DNA of 16,222 nt from a candidate division WOR-3 bacterium (GTDB lineage Bacteria; Hydrothermota; Tepidihabitantia; Tepidihabitantales; DTDR01), in assembly GCA_039801885.1 (NCBI GenBank), contig JBDRVN010000040.1, positions 1 through 16,222 on the forward strand. Direction: 5' to 3'. A model generated the notes under the pieces. That model was given only the letters and a program-made list of their open reading frames with translations. It did no database searches and had not been told where the DNA came from. The stretch's first letter is position 1; each line of letters starts with the position of its first letter. Shown here in pieces: positions 15,250-16,222 of this stretch. Both the position numbers and the translations under genes were made by a program.

Positions 15250-16221
15250 TTATTTCAAAATTAAGATTTTTTTAATACCTTTTTCGGTTTCTTTAAAGTA
15301 GATGCCTTTTTTTAGTTTCTTTTCCTTTACAAGTTTGCCAGAAATATCATAGATTTTCTTTTTTGTTAGTTTCTTTTCGCTCTTATTTTCTTTCTCTTCA
15401 CTAATGCTTGGTGTTTCTTGAATATACTTGATTGTCGCATAGTCATAATCAGTGCCAGAACCCCAACTATGACCAGTAACATAGACATTGCTCTGATTAT
15501 CAACAAAAAGGGAGGTAGCCCCATCATAATCATTTCCTGGACCATTATATCTTCTCTCCCATAACAGGTTACCATTCGCATTATACTTCAAAGTAGTATA
15601 ATCAAAATTTGTGAGGGAGTCATAACTACCACCAGTAACATAGACATTGCCATTCATATCAACAAAAAGAGAGGTAGCCCAATCATCACTATTTCCTGGA
15701 CCATTATATCTTCTCTCCCATAACAGGTTACCATTCGCATCATACTTCAAAGTCGCATAGTCATAATCAGTGCCAGAACCTTCACTTCTACCAGTAACAT
15801 AGACATTGCCCTGATTATCAACAAAAAGGGAAGTAGCCCCATCATTATAATTTCCCTGTCCATTATATCTTCTCTCCCATAATAAGTTGCCACTCGCATC
15901 ATACTTCAAAGTAGTATAATCAAAATTTGTGAGGGAGTCATAACTACCACCAGTAACATAGACATTGCCCTGATTATCAACAAAAAGAGATTTAGCCCCA
16001 TCATAATCATTTCCTGGACCATTATACCTTCTTTCCCATAATAAGTTGCCCTGCCTATCATACTTCAAGGTCGCATAATCATAATCAGTAACAGAGTCAT
16101 AACTATAACCAGTAACATAGACATTGCTCTGATTATCAACAAAAAGGGAGGTAGCCCCATCATAATCATTTCCTGGACCATTATATCTTCTCTCCCATAA
16201 CAGGTTACCATTTCCATCATA
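15250..16221 (-). CDS. SBBP-type beta-propeller repeat protein with short T9SS-like tail, 5'-truncated by the window edge
   Basis: Frame is open to the window end. 53-aa repeats (KYDxxGNLLWERRYNGxGN...A.SLFVDxxGNVYVTG.S...DY.T). Tail KIYDISGKLV...LKKGIYF...KKILILK. Confidence 0.9.
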   Translation of the reverse strand, partial: YDGNGNLLWERRYNGPGNDYDGATSLFVDNQSNVYVTGYSYDSVTDYDYATLKYDRQGNLLWERRYNGPGNDYDGAKSLFVDNQGNVYVTGGSYDSLTNFDYTTLKYDASGNLLWERRYNGQGNYNDGATSLFVDNQGNVYVTGRSEGSGTDYDYATLKYDANGNLLWERRYNGPGNSDDWATSLFVDMNGNVYVTGGSYDSLTNFDYTTLKYNANGNLLWERRYNGPGNDYDGATSLFVDNQSNVYVTGHSWGSGTDYDYATIKYIQETPSISEEKENKSEKKLTKKKIYDISGKLVKEKKLKKGIYFKETEKGIKKILILK

Positions 16222-16222
16222 T
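15421..16222. repeat. Intragenic 159-bp tandem repeat, at least 5 units
   Basis: ACCAGTAACATAGACATTGC recurs at 15472, 15631, 15790, 15949 and 16108 (period 159). Confidence 0.95.

Noticed and set aside
15366-15581. 71-aa alternative-frame ORF
   Set aside because: Out-of-frame overlap inside the SBBP-repeat gene, produced by the repeat sequence.
15421-16222. Diversity-generating retroelement TR/VR pair or CRISPR array
   Set aside because: Repeats are in-frame coding blades, differences are not clearly adenine-specific, and there is no reverse transcriptase or cas gene in the window.

Overview
AT-rich bacterial chromosomal window, mostly housekeeping genes. The lineage is probably an anaerobic, possibly thermophilic FCB-adjacent group such as candidate division WOR-3; this is inferred only from composition, gene content and C-terminal tails. 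Order: 3' part of gatB, tRNA-Ala(TGC), parB-parA (-), a ~400 bp intergenic tract, a 120-aa protein (-), an isolated rplF (+), a minus-strand run (FG-GAP protein, PAS histidine kinase, receiver protein, M6 metalloprotease, fabG), a membrane pyrophosphatase hppA (+), nrdR-nrdD (-) with tandem NrdR boxes, and a partial SBBP-repeat protein (-). The main candidate for a new system is the 120-aa protein at 2985-3347. By eye it aligns end to end with the DNA-wrapping major capsid protein of archaeal filamentous viruses (SIRV2/Adnaviria fold). It has no viral neighbours, carries a strong RBS and an ECF-sigma-like promoter, and is followed by a weakly 12-bp-periodic tract. This suggests a possible domesticated DNA-coating protein in a bacterium. 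Other points: rplF outside the spc operon, several leaderless promoters, T9SS-like sorting tails on three secreted proteins, a PPase with dual Na+/H+ signature residues, and mosaic 159-bp repeats. All homology calls are by eye or from memory, with no database searches.
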